In this document: one piece after another, positions 1-8,498 of the stretch | How the letters are laid out: every line of letters starts with the position of its first letter | Numbering within the stretch: position 1 is the stretch's first letter | DNA from: a virus | Lineage: Duplodnaviria; Heunggongvirae; Uroviricota; Caudoviricetes | Virus record (IMG/VR): IMGVR_UViG_3300028585_000514 | Strand: one strand, 5' to 3' | DNA: 64,000 bases | The notes under the pieces: model-generated | Seen by the model: the letters and a program-made list of their open reading frames with translations, nothing else | Databases searched by the model: none | What the model was told of the DNA's origin: nothing | Made by a program: the position numbers and the translations under genes

Positions 1-232
1 CATCTTAATGGAAACCCATGTTCCGGTTTACATGTCAAGTCCTGACTGTTGCATCGTCGTTTACCATGAGACTTGACGCACGATTGGTAACACTTTGGCG
101 ATTACAACAGCCCATGCCTCTCGGTCATGGTACGACACTAAGTCGGTAGTGGACACCGCTAGCTGTTGGAGTGACTGAATACGAAGTATGCATCCTTGTA
201 TTCCGGTATCACAAGCTTAGGTAGCTAGAAGT

Positions 233-308
233 TGGTAGGCCGGGTGGGACTCGAACCCACGCCTCTCGATTATGAGTCGAACGCTCGTACCAGATGAGCT
301 ACCAGCCC
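233..308 (-). tRNA. tRNA-Ile2/Met (CAT), probably Ile2
   Basis: Cloverleaf, anticodon arm TTCGA-CTCATAA-TCGAG, CCA end; C4-G69 favours Ile2. Confidence 0.85.
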
Positions 309-482
309 AGTTGAGGAACTACTAATGTTTTGCGCTTGCGAGATATTTACTTCTTGGCATTCTACCAACACGCCTGTCGGGTAAGCCTCTCCGGGTTCTT
401 GGCTCTTTGCGTAAGAGCCGTCAGCAAAACGAAGACCAGCGACGTAGCTAAGAACGATGTTTCCATCATCAGCAGTCCTCAT

Positions 483-511
483 AAAAAGAAAAGGAGACCG
501 AAGTCTCCTTT
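483..511 (-). terminator. Intrinsic terminator (AAGGAGAC-TTCG-GTCTCCTT), same hairpin as at 5486 and 27568
   Basis: UUCG-capped stem followed by a U-tract on the minus strand. Confidence 0.8.
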
Positions 512-885
512 CCCAGTATTGCGGTTCGAACCCTCTTACCTAGACCTAGCTAGACCATTACTGGCGGGTGGTTCCTTTCATCGACTTAGGGAACTCTTCT
601 TGCTGGACTCGCTTTACACCGATAACCTCGGGACCATGCGGCTTGGTCGGCATTGCACTCCTTACACCAGCTCCGTGCAAACTAAAGATCGTCTGTTCTC
701 TTTACAACAACTCCGGGTTGTCACCATCTTTCGATGATGGGCACTACGCTTTTACAAGACGTTCTGCGTAGCTTTTCACAACGGGTCCGCAGCCCATATT
801 CTTTCAAATCCACAGTAAAGCCGTGAAGCCATAAGACCGCATCGGCGTCGCAAGGGTTCGGTACTGTTCCGAAACATCCTTACCA
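512..885 (-). ncRNA. Putative large structured ncRNA between tRNA-Leu and a terminator
   Basis: No credible ORF; several hairpins, some GNRA-capped (CATC-GAAA-GATG, CCA-GTAA-TGG; also CTACGC/GCGTAG); ends at a terminator. Confidence 0.5.
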
Positions 886-887
886 TT

Positions 888-972
888 TGGTGCCTAGAGC
901 GAGACTTGAACTCGCAATCCTTTCGGCGCTGGCTTCTAAGACCAGAGTGTATTCCAATTCCACCATCTAGGC
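888..972 (-). tRNA. tRNA-Leu (TAG)
   Basis: Class II cloverleaf, loop CTTAGAA, CCA end. Confidence 0.95.
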
Positions 973-1096
973 ATGTGCGGACATTATGCTTGAAGGACAT
1001 AATGTCCTCTGCGATCCTCAAAGGGGTCACCATGGGCTGCGCAGCCAGTTATCCATGATCAGCAAAGTAAAACCTTCAATTCGACTTTGCGGCGGG

Positions 1097-1177
1097 TGCC
1101 CAGGGAGAGACTCGAACTCTCAATCCTTGCGGCAGTGGCTTCTAAGACCACCGTGTATACCATTCCACCACCTGGGC
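1097..1177 (-). tRNA. tRNA-Leu (TAG), second copy, no encoded CCA
   Basis: Class II cloverleaf, loop CTTAGAA, ends ACCC. Confidence 0.9.
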
Positions 1178-1383
1178 ATATTACTATTTATCGACACAGC
1201 AAGAACTGACTCTGAGGACCAGATGCGGGACGTCGAAAAATAGTAATGAGATTTAGTCCGATAATCTCGAAGAGTTGTAGGATTCGCAACCATATCCTTT
1301 CGGATTCGCGTGATCCATTATTTAGCTACTGACTTGAGTGTGCACCTCAATCAGAAACGGTGTTCACATTCACCGAATGTTCT

Positions 1384-1770
1384 TTAGTCCTTCTTGACGC
1401 CGATCACAAACTTAAGCTTACCAGTCGTTAGATCGTCAGATTCCTGGTTTGAACCTTGAACGCCTTCCGGTTGAGTGAAGGTGATACCTTGAGCGCGGAA
1501 CTCGCGATATAGCGGATCAATGATCTTGTTCAACTTCTTGGAAGTGTTTTGGCCTGGCTGATCGCCACCTTTACGCGAGTTGACAAAGTCAACAACGAAG
1601 GTTGCAATTTCCATGTCTGGGAAAGCAGAATTGTTTGGTGCGAATGATACGTCAACGGTGTAGTCTGAGTCGCGGTCATTTTTGATTGCTTTCTCAACCA
1701 TGTCTGCTAGACGATGAATGTTAATCGCTTTCAAATCTTGCTTCTCAGCAAGGATTTCACTAATCTTCAT
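1384..1770 (-). CDS. Hypothetical protein, N-terminus MKISEILAE (capsid-targeting-like)
   Basis: 128-aa ORF with phage-like codon usage. Confidence 0.8.
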   Translation of the reverse strand: MKISEILAEKQDLKAINIHRLADMVEKAIKNDRDSDYTVDVSFAPNNSAFPDMEIATFVVDFVNSRKGGDQPGQNTSKKLNKIIDPLYREFRAQGITFTQPEGVQGSNQESDDLTTGKLKFVIGVKKD

Positions 1771-1851
1771 ATTATTATTTTTGTTGTTAGGTTATGTAGC
1801 ACTTGAGACGACAGGAGGGCTCCAATTACCGAATGTGGGACCTAAAGTGCT

Positions 1852-1928
1852 TGGAGCGGGTGATGGGAATCGAACCCACCTCATCAGCTTGGAAGGCTGA
1901 GGTAATCAGACCAATATACGACACCCGC
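1852..1928 (-). tRNA. tRNA-Gly (TCC)
   Basis: Cloverleaf, TCAGC-CTTCCAA-GCTGA, CCA end. Confidence 0.95.
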
Positions 1929-1947
1929 TTGGATGACATCGTGTAGT

Positions 1948-1955
1948 TATTTATA
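1948..1955 (-). promoter_or_regulatory. T4-like late promoter TATAAATA
   Basis: Exact match about 20 nt upstream of tRNA-Gly. Confidence 0.7.
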
Positions 1956-2062
1956 GTAGTTTTGATGCAACTCACGATGAGATGAATTATATAATGGTCG
2001 TACGAGCTCCTGTCGAAATTGCAGTTGATAAATACTTTACCATACCGCACATAAGGAACATC

Positions 2063-2521
2063 ATGCAAGTACTAGAAATCCTAACCGAAAATAAATCATT
2101 CGTCGACACGAAGTCTTCGCTTACTTCAGACGCACTAGTAAAGAAACTCAACGCCCTGTTGATTAAGCTAGAAAAAGAAGGCCAAAAGATCACCACCGAC
2201 AGTAAGGTTCGTCCGGCAGCTCCAGACACCTCTAAATTTACAACTACCGCTCAAGGCTTTGTAAAGATCGAGAATAACGTACATATTTACGGCGCATACA
2301 ACTCGGTCGTGACGTACGATAAATTCCTGAAGATTGGTAGCGCAATTAATTCTAAGGATAAGCAAGCGTTGATTGACAAATTCTTCAAAGAACTTAAGAA
2401 GTATGCTGACGAAACCGCAACCGAGAATACTCACATCAAGTGTGAGGACGGCAAGACCGTGTCAGTCCGCTACACATACGGTTCAGCTTGGGGTGGTATT
2501 GGATTCAAAGTTTCGAAATAA
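2063..2521 (+). CDS. Hypothetical late protein (MQVLEILTE...)
   Basis: AAGGA RBS then ATG at 2063; GATAAATA box at 2027-2034. Confidence 0.8.
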   Translation: MQVLEILTENKSFVDTKSSLTSDALVKKLNALLIKLEKEGQKITTDSKVRPAAPDTSKFTTTAQGFVKIENNVHIYGAYNSVVTYDKFLKIGSAINSKDKQALIDKFFKELKKYADETATENTHIKCEDGKTVSVRYTYGSAWGGIGFKVSK

Positions 2522-2543
2522 TCTTTGAATTTTTACGAAGTGC

Positions 2544-2551
2544 TATAAATA
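2544..2551 (+). promoter_or_regulatory. T4-like late promoter TATAAATA
   Basis: Exact match 20 nt upstream of tRNA-Gly(GCC). Confidence 0.7.
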
Positions 2552-2571
2552 GAAATGTAGCACTTCACAGT

Positions 2572-2647
2572 GCGGGTGTAGCTCAGTTGGTAGAGCATTA
2601 CCTTGCCAAGGTAAATGTCGAGGGTTCGAATCCCTTCGCCCGCTCCA
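2572..2647 (+). tRNA. tRNA-Gly (GCC)
   Basis: Cloverleaf, TTACC-TTGCCAA-GGTAA, CCA end. Confidence 0.97.
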
Positions 2648-2712
2648 AATCAAAAGGAACCTTCGTGGTTCCTTTGTCGTTTCTATGCTCTACAAAATAA
2701 TTCAAGAAAGAG

Positions 2713-2754
2713 TGTACACTTCTCAGGATTCGCGTTATTATAGCTACATAAATA
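2713..2754 (+). promoter_or_regulatory. Tandem early promoter (TGTACA-N17-TATTAT) and late box (CATAAATA)
   Basis: -35 at 2713-2718, -10 at 2736-2741, late box at 2747-2754. Confidence 0.65.
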
Positions 2755-2780
2755 CTTCACACCATAACGGAGAATAATAT

Positions 2781-3944
2781 ATGAAGGTTAACGAAATCCT
2801 GTCCGAATCGATCGCTAAGCCGAAATTCACTGGTGAGTTCCCGATCGCAGTCAAGGCAATCAGCAAGAATCCATCCAATGGTCGTCGTCTCCGTAACATG
2901 GAAGAAGACACCGTCACGATCAAGTCAGCAATCGAAGCTGGCGAAATCCTGAACACCCAATTCAAACCAGTCAAAGAGCACGCGAACTACTTCGTTCAGT
3001 CGGCCTTCGACGCAACCATGAACTGGGACGAAGTCCGTCCTGCAAACCCTCGTGATCCTTCTCCTCTGTTCGATGAACTGTATGGTGCGATCAGTGTGTG
3101 GGATGTTCGCGGTATGGTTGCTACCAAGAAACGTCTCGGTAAGGTTTCGAAAGAAGCCAAAGCCACTAATATCTACAAAGAAGCAATGGCGCTGATCGAT
3201 GAACTCTGGCCTTTGGTCGAAGTCCTCGATTACCTGAAGTCGGTAACTGTCATGGCATCGGCAAAGAAAGCTGAAGCCAAAGCGGCCAAGACCGCTGAGG
3301 AAGGCGAGTACCAAAAGAAGTACACCGATCACAAAGATGTGAAGAAGGTCGTCTCGATCCTCAAGCAAGTCAGCAGCGAAGTCGAGGATGACTTGTACAA
3401 GCGTAATGCCGAATGGATGAAGCAGTCGGTCACGAAGTTCCAGAAGGAAGCAAAAGACGGCAATTCTGACTACGCTGAAATCTTCAAACGCGATGGCTTT
3501 GGTCGCCTGATCATGCAAAGCTTGTGCAAGCGTGTTTACCCGAAAGGCGCGAAGCCAAGTGAGAAGCATTTCGAACTGATCGACAACTGGGAAGGCAAGC
3601 TTGACGAAATGGCGAAGAAGGATGCAGCTACCATCGTCGACAAGTTCGTGTTCAAGAATTCCGGTAAGCTGTCGTACATCATCTACAACAAGAATAACCT
3701 GGCTCAGGTGACCTTGAAGAATGTGAAAGTGAGTCGTGGTGCAGTGGAAGCAGTGCTCCATCTTGAGTTCACTGACAAGTCTGAGTTCACCGCTCAATCG
3801 TCGGTTGAGATGGCATACTCGGTTCTTGGCAAACCATTCTTCCGCTATCCGACCCGCTTCAGCAATGTCAAGCTGCCGGATGGTTCGAAGATGAGCCAAC
3901 CTTCCGAACAACGCATGGACGAAGTGTTCGCAGTCACGAAGTAA
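2781..3944 (+). CDS. Hypothetical protein (MKVNEILSE..., capsid-targeting-like N-terminus)
   Basis: 387-aa ORF, GGAG RBS, typical codon usage. Confidence 0.9.
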   Translation: MKVNEILSESIAKPKFTGEFPIAVKAISKNPSNGRRLRNMEEDTVTIKSAIEAGEILNTQFKPVKEHANYFVQSAFDATMNWDEVRPANPRDPSPLFDELYGAISVWDVRGMVATKKRLGKVSKEAKATNIYKEAMALIDELWPLVEVLDYLKSVTVMASAKKAEAKAAKTAEEGEYQKKYTDHKDVKKVVSILKQVSSEVEDDLYKRNAEWMKQSVTKFQKEAKDGNSDYAEIFKRDGFGRLIMQSLCKRVYPKGAKPSEKHFELIDNWEGKLDEMAKKDAATIVDKFVFKNSGKLSYIIYNKNNLAQVTLKNVKVSRGAVEAVLHLEFTDKSEFTAQSSVEMAYSVLGKPFFRYPTRFSNVKLPDGSKMSQPSEQRMDEVFAVTK

Positions 3945-4006
3945 ATTTCAAGTTTCTCCGTTGAGATGACGATGTTATGATGTCATCACCTCAACGGAGT
4001 ACCGAA

Positions 4007-4318
4007 ATGGTTAACGTAGTACCAGCTGTAGCGTTTAAACAAGCGGCAGCACAACATGCTGAAGAACATAAGCGTGTGAAGTTTTATGATCTGATTGAGC
4101 GTTGCAATAAAGCGCTGAATGCCAAGATCGTGGCCTTTCGTCAAAACAAAGGTCTGAATGACATCGCGATGCAAGTGAATGTGCAGTATATGCGCCATGA
4201 GTTTGAAATCGTCGATCAAGTTATTCGTGAGTTGGAGAATGCTGGTTACGCGGTGAAGAAAGAGAATTATGATTCCCGTGATGAAGACCAGTACTTTTTG
4301 AAAATCTTTGTTAGCTAA
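4007..4318 (+). CDS. Hypothetical protein
   Basis: ORF with GGAG RBS before ATG at 4007. Confidence 0.8.
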   Translation: MVNVVPAVAFKQAAAQHAEEHKRVKFYDLIERCNKALNAKIVAFRQNKGLNDIAMQVNVQYMRHEFEIVDQVIRELENAGYAVKKENYDSRDEDQYFLKIFVS

Positions 4319-4327
4319 GGAGCTATC

Positions 4328-4366
4328 ATGAAAGTGTACGCATACAAGGAGAAGACTGACAAATAG
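4328..4366 (+). CDS. Micro-leader peptide 1 (MKVYAYKEKTDK)
   Basis: AAGGAG RBS; peptide conserved across three copies. Confidence 0.65.
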   Translation: MKVYAYKEKTDK

Positions 4367-4389
4367 GTTACCTTAACAAGGAGTCTATT

Positions 4390-4749
4390 ATGTCCCGTAC
4401 TATCCGCCGTACCAAAGAAAAACGTCTGGGCCGCAGCAGCAAAGTCCGTTCGTATCTCCGAACTATTCCTGATGAATGGAATGGTGTTCAACCAATGCAC
4501 GGTACCGTCTGGGCCTTCCCTCATGTTTGGAAAGAGGACAAGGAATACCAGGAAGGTTACTGGCGCTTTCACCGCGACAGCAAGAAGTACTACGGTTGGC
4601 AGCTGCTGAAAGGCGGCAAGACCTCTGCTCGCGCACACAATGAAAAAGAATTGATCAAAGCCATCAAGGACTTTGATTATGTTCCGGACATCCGGAACTT
4701 CATCGACGATCGTCGATACCACCGCTGGGCTAACCCATGGGATTGCTGA
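4390..4749 (+). CDS. MSRTIRR-family basic aromatic-rich protein, copy 1
   Basis: Shares MSRTIRR, YWRFHxD and C-terminal WD with the two following ORFs. Confidence 0.9.
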   Translation: MSRTIRRTKEKRLGRSSKVRSYLRTIPDEWNGVQPMHGTVWAFPHVWKEDKEYQEGYWRFHRDSKKYYGWQLLKGGKTSARAHNEKELIKAIKDFDYVPDIRNFIDDRRYHRWANPWDC

Positions 4750-4750
4750 T

Positions 4751-4789
4751 ATGAAAGTGTACGGCTACAAGGAGAAGACCGACTGTTAA
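4751..4789 (+). CDS. Micro-leader peptide 2 (MKVYGYKEKTDC)
   Basis: Starts 1 nt after the upstream stop; conserved peptide. Confidence 0.65.
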   Translation: MKVYGYKEKTDC

Positions 4790-4811
4790 GTTCCCTTGAA
4801 AGGAGATTAAC

Positions 4812-5138
4812 ATGTCGAGAACTATCCGTCGCAATCGCGACAAAAAGAAGAACAGCCCTCAACGTTACTTCGGTGACATCACTTGGTGGACCCACGACTG
4901 GATTTGTAAAGAAGAAGGTCACTGGATCAAAATCAAGAAAGAGGGCAAAGCATACGGTCGCGGTTACTGGCGTTTTCACGGTGACCGCATCAAAGGTTGG
5001 TCCTACACCAAATGGCTTCGCAACGATGCCGAAGGTCAGGCCCGCATGAAGAACAAGACTGAAATCGCTCGTTACCTCAAGGATGAGGATTACGAAGTGA
5101 TTGACCATCAACCACGCGATTTGTCCTGGGACGTATGA
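4812..5138 (+). CDS. MSRTIRR-family protein, copy 2
   Basis: Paralog motifs; AAGGAG RBS. Confidence 0.9.
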   Translation: MSRTIRRNRDKKKNSPQRYFGDITWWTHDWICKEEGHWIKIKKEGKAYGRGYWRFHGDRIKGWSYTKWLRNDAEGQARMKNKTEIARYLKDEDYEVIDHQPRDLSWDV

Positions 5139-5233
5139 TGAAAATTTATGCATATAAGGAGAAGTCGACACGACATTGTAACCATCAAGGAGCAATGTCA
5201 TGTCAAGAACTATCCGCCGTACCAAAGCACTAA
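5138..5233 (+). CDS. Micro-leader peptide 3 (MKIYAYKEKSTRH..., 31 aa; overlaps next gene out of frame)
   Basis: TGATG coupling; conserved first 9 residues with synonymous changes. Confidence 0.55.
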   Translation: MKIYAYKEKSTRHCNHQGAMSCQELSAVPKH

Positions 5234-5481
5234 AGAACTACAGCCGTTTCGAAGATCAGTATGTCGAGTATCGTAAAGGCGATAAGCCAAACACGAACTG
5301 GAGATACTTCACTGACAACGGCATCGATTCATTCAGCTTCGAAAATGCGTTTCACTATCCATGGCGCGAAGATGAAGGATGCTATCGAATCCGGCTCAAG
5401 AACGAAATCAAAAAATGGTTAGAAGACCGTGAGTATGAAATCATCGATAAGCCGCACAAACTGATGTGGGATTTATGCTAA
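5200..5481 (+). CDS. MSRTIRR-family protein, copy 3
   Basis: Paralog motifs (WRYFTD, DREYEII, WDLC). Confidence 0.9.
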   Translation: MSRTIRRTKALKNYSRFEDQYVEYRKGDKPNTNWRYFTDNGIDSFSFENAFHYPWREDEGCYRIRLKNEIKKWLEDREYEIIDKPHKLMWDLC

Positions 5482-5485
5482 AGAG

Positions 5486-5510
5486 AAAGGAGACTTCGGT
5501 CTCCTTTTTT
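5486..5510 (+). terminator. Intrinsic terminator
   Basis: AAGGAGAC-TTCG-GTCTCCTT followed by a T run. Confidence 0.9.
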
Positions 5511-5528
5511 GCGTTAATAAATACGAAT

Positions 5529-5614
5529 GGCCACTTAGCTCAGTTGGTTAGAGCCCCACAATGTGTAGCGCTGCACGTGGAGGTCGTCGGTTCGAGTCCG
5601 GCAGTGAGTCACCA
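5529..5614 (+). ncRNA. tRNA-like RNA with an extended anticodon arm and no 7-nt anticodon loop
   Basis: Canonical D arm, T arm and CCA; 25-nt central hairpin; AATAAATA box at 5516-5523. Confidence 0.7.
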
Positions 5615-5626
5615 AAGGAGTATGAC

Positions 5627-6097
5627 ATGAAAATCAAATTAGTAGAGTTTGAAGACATTCTGCCAGTTTGGCGAGATAAGCTTTGGCCAGGAAGAAATTC
5701 AGCCATTGAACATTTTAGCGCAATGACGATTGATCGTGATTACGATATGTCATTCGCGGATAGCGAACCTGTATTCTTGGCTGGTTATGAAGGCGATCGC
5801 ATTGTCGCGGTAAACAGTTGTCACTTAGCTGGCTATAATGCTTGCGGAGACTTGATGGCTCGCAGTCGTGGCTTATGGGTTGATCCCGAGTTTCGTGGTA
5901 AAGGATATGGCTACAAAATCCTGGATCGCAGCTGTGATATGGCTGGTGGATTAGGCGCAGTATTGGTTTGGAGTTTTCCGCGACAGTCGAGTTTCCAAAC
6001 GTATGAGAAGGTTGGATTTGTTCAGCTTTCGGATTGGCTGGAAGATGGTGAGTTTGGGCCGAATTGTTATGCAGCGAAACGGTTGGTAGGGTTATAA
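5627..6097 (+). CDS. GNAT-family acetyltransferase
   Basis: Motif A LWVDPEFRGKGYG; AAGGAG RBS before ATG at 5627. Confidence 0.85.
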   Translation: MKIKLVEFEDILPVWRDKLWPGRNSAIEHFSAMTIDRDYDMSFADSEPVFLAGYEGDRIVAVNSCHLAGYNACGDLMARSRGLWVDPEFRGKGYGYKILDRSCDMAGGLGAVLVWSFPRQSSFQTYEKVGFVQLSDWLEDGEFGPNCYAAKRLVGL

Positions 6098-6158
6098 TTC
6101 CACATGTGCTTCCAATGCAATTCCACAGGAAGCACTTCAACCTCCTCATAAAAATAAT

Positions 6159-6788
6159 ATGGCAAAATCAATCTTAGTCACGCTGACGGCTACGTCATGC
6201 AGTGGCAAGTCTTATCTGTTTGACTACATCCGTGATGTTGCTCAAATGCCATGCCTGATTTCAACCACGACTCGTGCGCCACGCGCAAACGAAATCGATG
6301 GCCGCGATTACTACTTCATCTCGCATGAAGAGTCGATCCGTTTGGAACAGGAAGGCAAGCTAGCCGAATTGGCTATCTACAATAGCAATCGTTATGGTGT
6401 AACTACCGACGAGTTCTTCAGCAAGCTCTCGGAAGGTATCGCTTTCCTAATCGTTGAACCAACTGGCGTAGAGCACTATGCAAAGCCAGCGGTCGATGTT
6501 GGTGCGTTGCACATGACCGTCTACGTGGATGTTCCTCTCGATGTTCGTCTAGCGCGATTCAGAACTCGTGCAATGAACGACATCATCAAAGCGGCCGGTA
6601 CAATGGAACTTGGCGAAATCGAAAAGGCGGTTAACACCGTTTTGAAGCGTCAGCAATCCATGCTTACCGAAGAACTGTCTTGGCACACTGCTGCTAAGTG
6701 GGACTTGACTATCGATGGCCGCGATACGCCAGAGAAAAATCTGGAACTGATCCTGAACAAGGTTGGTGAAATGGCTGGTGTTGCATGA
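6159..6788 (+). CDS. gmk: Guanylate kinase-like protein
   Basis: P-loop SCSGKS; STTTRAPRANEIDGRDYYFIS; YG motif. Confidence 0.85.
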   Translation: MAKSILVTLTATSCSGKSYLFDYIRDVAQMPCLISTTTRAPRANEIDGRDYYFISHEESIRLEQEGKLAELAIYNSNRYGVTTDEFFSKLSEGIAFLIVEPTGVEHYAKPAVDVGALHMTVYVDVPLDVRLARFRTRAMNDIIKAAGTMELGEIEKAVNTVLKRQQSMLTEELSWHTAAKWDLTIDGRDTPEKNLELILNKVGEMAGVA

Positions 6789-7054
6789 ACGCCGAGCAAA
6801 TCTACAAAGCTGCCCTCGAACAGCTAGCAAATGAAGGTCATGCCTCCGCTGCGCTAGCCCTAATGATCGGCGGCAAAGCAGAAACGGAAACGCCAGTAGT
6901 TATTCCAACTGGACACATCATCGCTGAGCTCAAAGAAGCGAGCAGCAAGTTAAACGATGCTCTTCGCACAAATAACGATAGCTGGACGTCTTCGACCGAC
7001 AGCTACATCAAACAAGCGCAGACTCGCATTCTCAATGCAGTAGCGCTGCTGTAA
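6785..7054 (+). CDS. Hypothetical protein
   Basis: ATGA-coupled ORF. Confidence 0.8.
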   Translation: MNAEQIYKAALEQLANEGHASAALALMIGGKAETETPVVIPTGHIIAELKEASSKLNDALRTNNDSWTSSTDSYIKQAQTRILNAVALL

Positions 7055-7061
7055 GGCCGGC

Positions 7062-7472
7062 ATGAAAGTCTCTCTACACATTTCAAAAAGCCCGGTGCTT
7101 GGCCCGTCGTATAACAACATGTATGAGCTCGTCTCAAATTACATGCATGGCGATGGAGATGGTGAAACAGTAAACACAATCTTCTTCGAAGGTAATCAAG
7201 AAGGCATTGATCGCCTAAAGCTGTTCCTAGCAGCATACGAACATATCTGTCAAGATGACGACTTCGAGTATCTTGACGATAAAGCTACCGAATTCTTCAA
7301 ATCGATAGGTATCGCTGAAGATGAAGCTGAAGACTTAGGTGCCGAATTTCGTGATGACTTCTATGAAGGCGATATCACTTGTGACGGTAATGCTGCTGCT
7401 TTCGTTGGTATCGATTTGTTCTACTGGAACGAATTCGGTGTGAAGTTCGAAGTCGACTACGACATCAAGTAA
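7062..7472 (+). CDS. Hypothetical acidic protein
   Basis: 136-aa ORF. Confidence 0.8.
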   Translation: MKVSLHISKSPVLGPSYNNMYELVSNYMHGDGDGETVNTIFFEGNQEGIDRLKLFLAAYEHICQDDDFEYLDDKATEFFKSIGIAEDEAEDLGAEFRDDFYEGDITCDGNAAAFVGIDLFYWNEFGVKFEVDYDIK

Positions 7473-7578
7473 CATAAAACAAAAATTATAAAGGAAATAT
7501 CATCATGAAAGTTTTATTCTCGTTTGACAAGCAAGACAATCGCAGTACCCACAATTCAAACAAGAAAGATATTTCCGT

Positions 7579-8178
7579 ATGTTGCAATACCCATCAATCG
7601 ACGGGAGCGCGAAAGCTCCGCTAGGCAAACCATGCATCGCTTTTTACAAGTACGACGGCTCCAACCTACGTTGGGAGTGGTCACCTAAAAAGGGATGGCA
7701 CAAGTTCGGCACACGCCGACAACTCTTCGACGAGAAGACTGAACTGTACAATCAGGCAATCCCGTTGTTCCTCGAGAATATTGGCGATGAGCTCGTGTAC
7801 AAAGTCAAGCAACAGAACAAAGGCATCGAACGTATCACTGCGTTCACTGAGTTCTTTGGCCCGTCGAGCTTTGCTGGCTCCCACGATGAGCACGAACAAA
7901 AGGAGCTAAAACTCCTCGACGTGTTCCTATTCAAGAAGGGATTCATCCCGCCTAAGACATTCAAAAAGATGTTTGAAGGTGCGGATTACTTCCCAGAGAT
8001 TATCTACGAAGGTAACCTCAACAAGCAGTTCATTATGGACGTGCGTGATAGCAAATATCCTGTCGACGAAGGTGTCATCTGCAAAGGTGATGACTTCATG
8101 GTCAAGATCAAGACACACGCATACTTTGAAAAACTCCGAAATCAATTTGACGAAAGCTGGATGAACTATGGCGAGTAA
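7579..8178 (+). CDS. ATP-dependent RNA ligase-like nucleotidyltransferase (standalone adenylation domain)
   Basis: Motif I KYDGSN, III EFFG, IIIa LDVFL, IV EGVICK, V KIK. Confidence 0.75.
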   Translation: MLQYPSIDGSAKAPLGKPCIAFYKYDGSNLRWEWSPKKGWHKFGTRRQLFDEKTELYNQAIPLFLENIGDELVYKVKQQNKGIERITAFTEFFGPSSFAGSHDEHEQKELKLLDVFLFKKGFIPPKTFKKMFEGADYFPEIIYEGNLNKQFIMDVRDSKYPVDEGVICKGDDFMVKIKTHAYFEKLRNQFDESWMNYGE

Positions 8179-8497
8179 TGGCTACACCCTGACCGCGAGC
8201 GAAATGCTCAACAACTGGATTCTGAAGTACGATCGAATCTGCATCGCTACCAAGCGTGGCATCAATGGCAATCCTCACAAGATTTGGTTCCGTCGTGGAC
8301 GATCCGAATTCGATGATGCATCACCGTTGACCCACGTGCTGTTCAACGAACTGAAGCGAAACGTTGACATCGCTTGGTTGGGTGGGCCAATGCTCGAAAA
8401 TCTGGCAGCAGTCACGCTCCTCGAAGATGGTAATCTACTCGTCGAGGAGTCCAACCAGCTAGTATCGCTGGACCACTACTATCCTTCATACACATAA
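8168..8497 (+). CDS. Hypothetical protein
   Basis: 109-aa ORF overlapping the ligase stop. Confidence 0.75.
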   Translation: MASNGYTLTASEMLNNWILKYDRICIATKRGINGNPHKIWFRRGRSEFDDASPLTHVLFNELKRNVDIAWLGGPMLENLAAVTLLEDGNLLVEESNQLVSLDHYYPSYT

Positions 8498-8498
8498 T

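Noticed and set aside
270-737. ORFs 270-482 (-) and 330-737 (+)
   Set aside because: They run through a tRNA, a terminator and the structured RNA. A 34-aa hydrophobic ORF (METSFLAT...) in this gap is possible but unsupported.
512-885. RNase P RNA or tmRNA identity for the large structured RNA
   Set aside because: No GAGGAAAGUCC or ACAGAA-CCGGCUUA P4 signature, and no tRNA-like ends with a tag frame.
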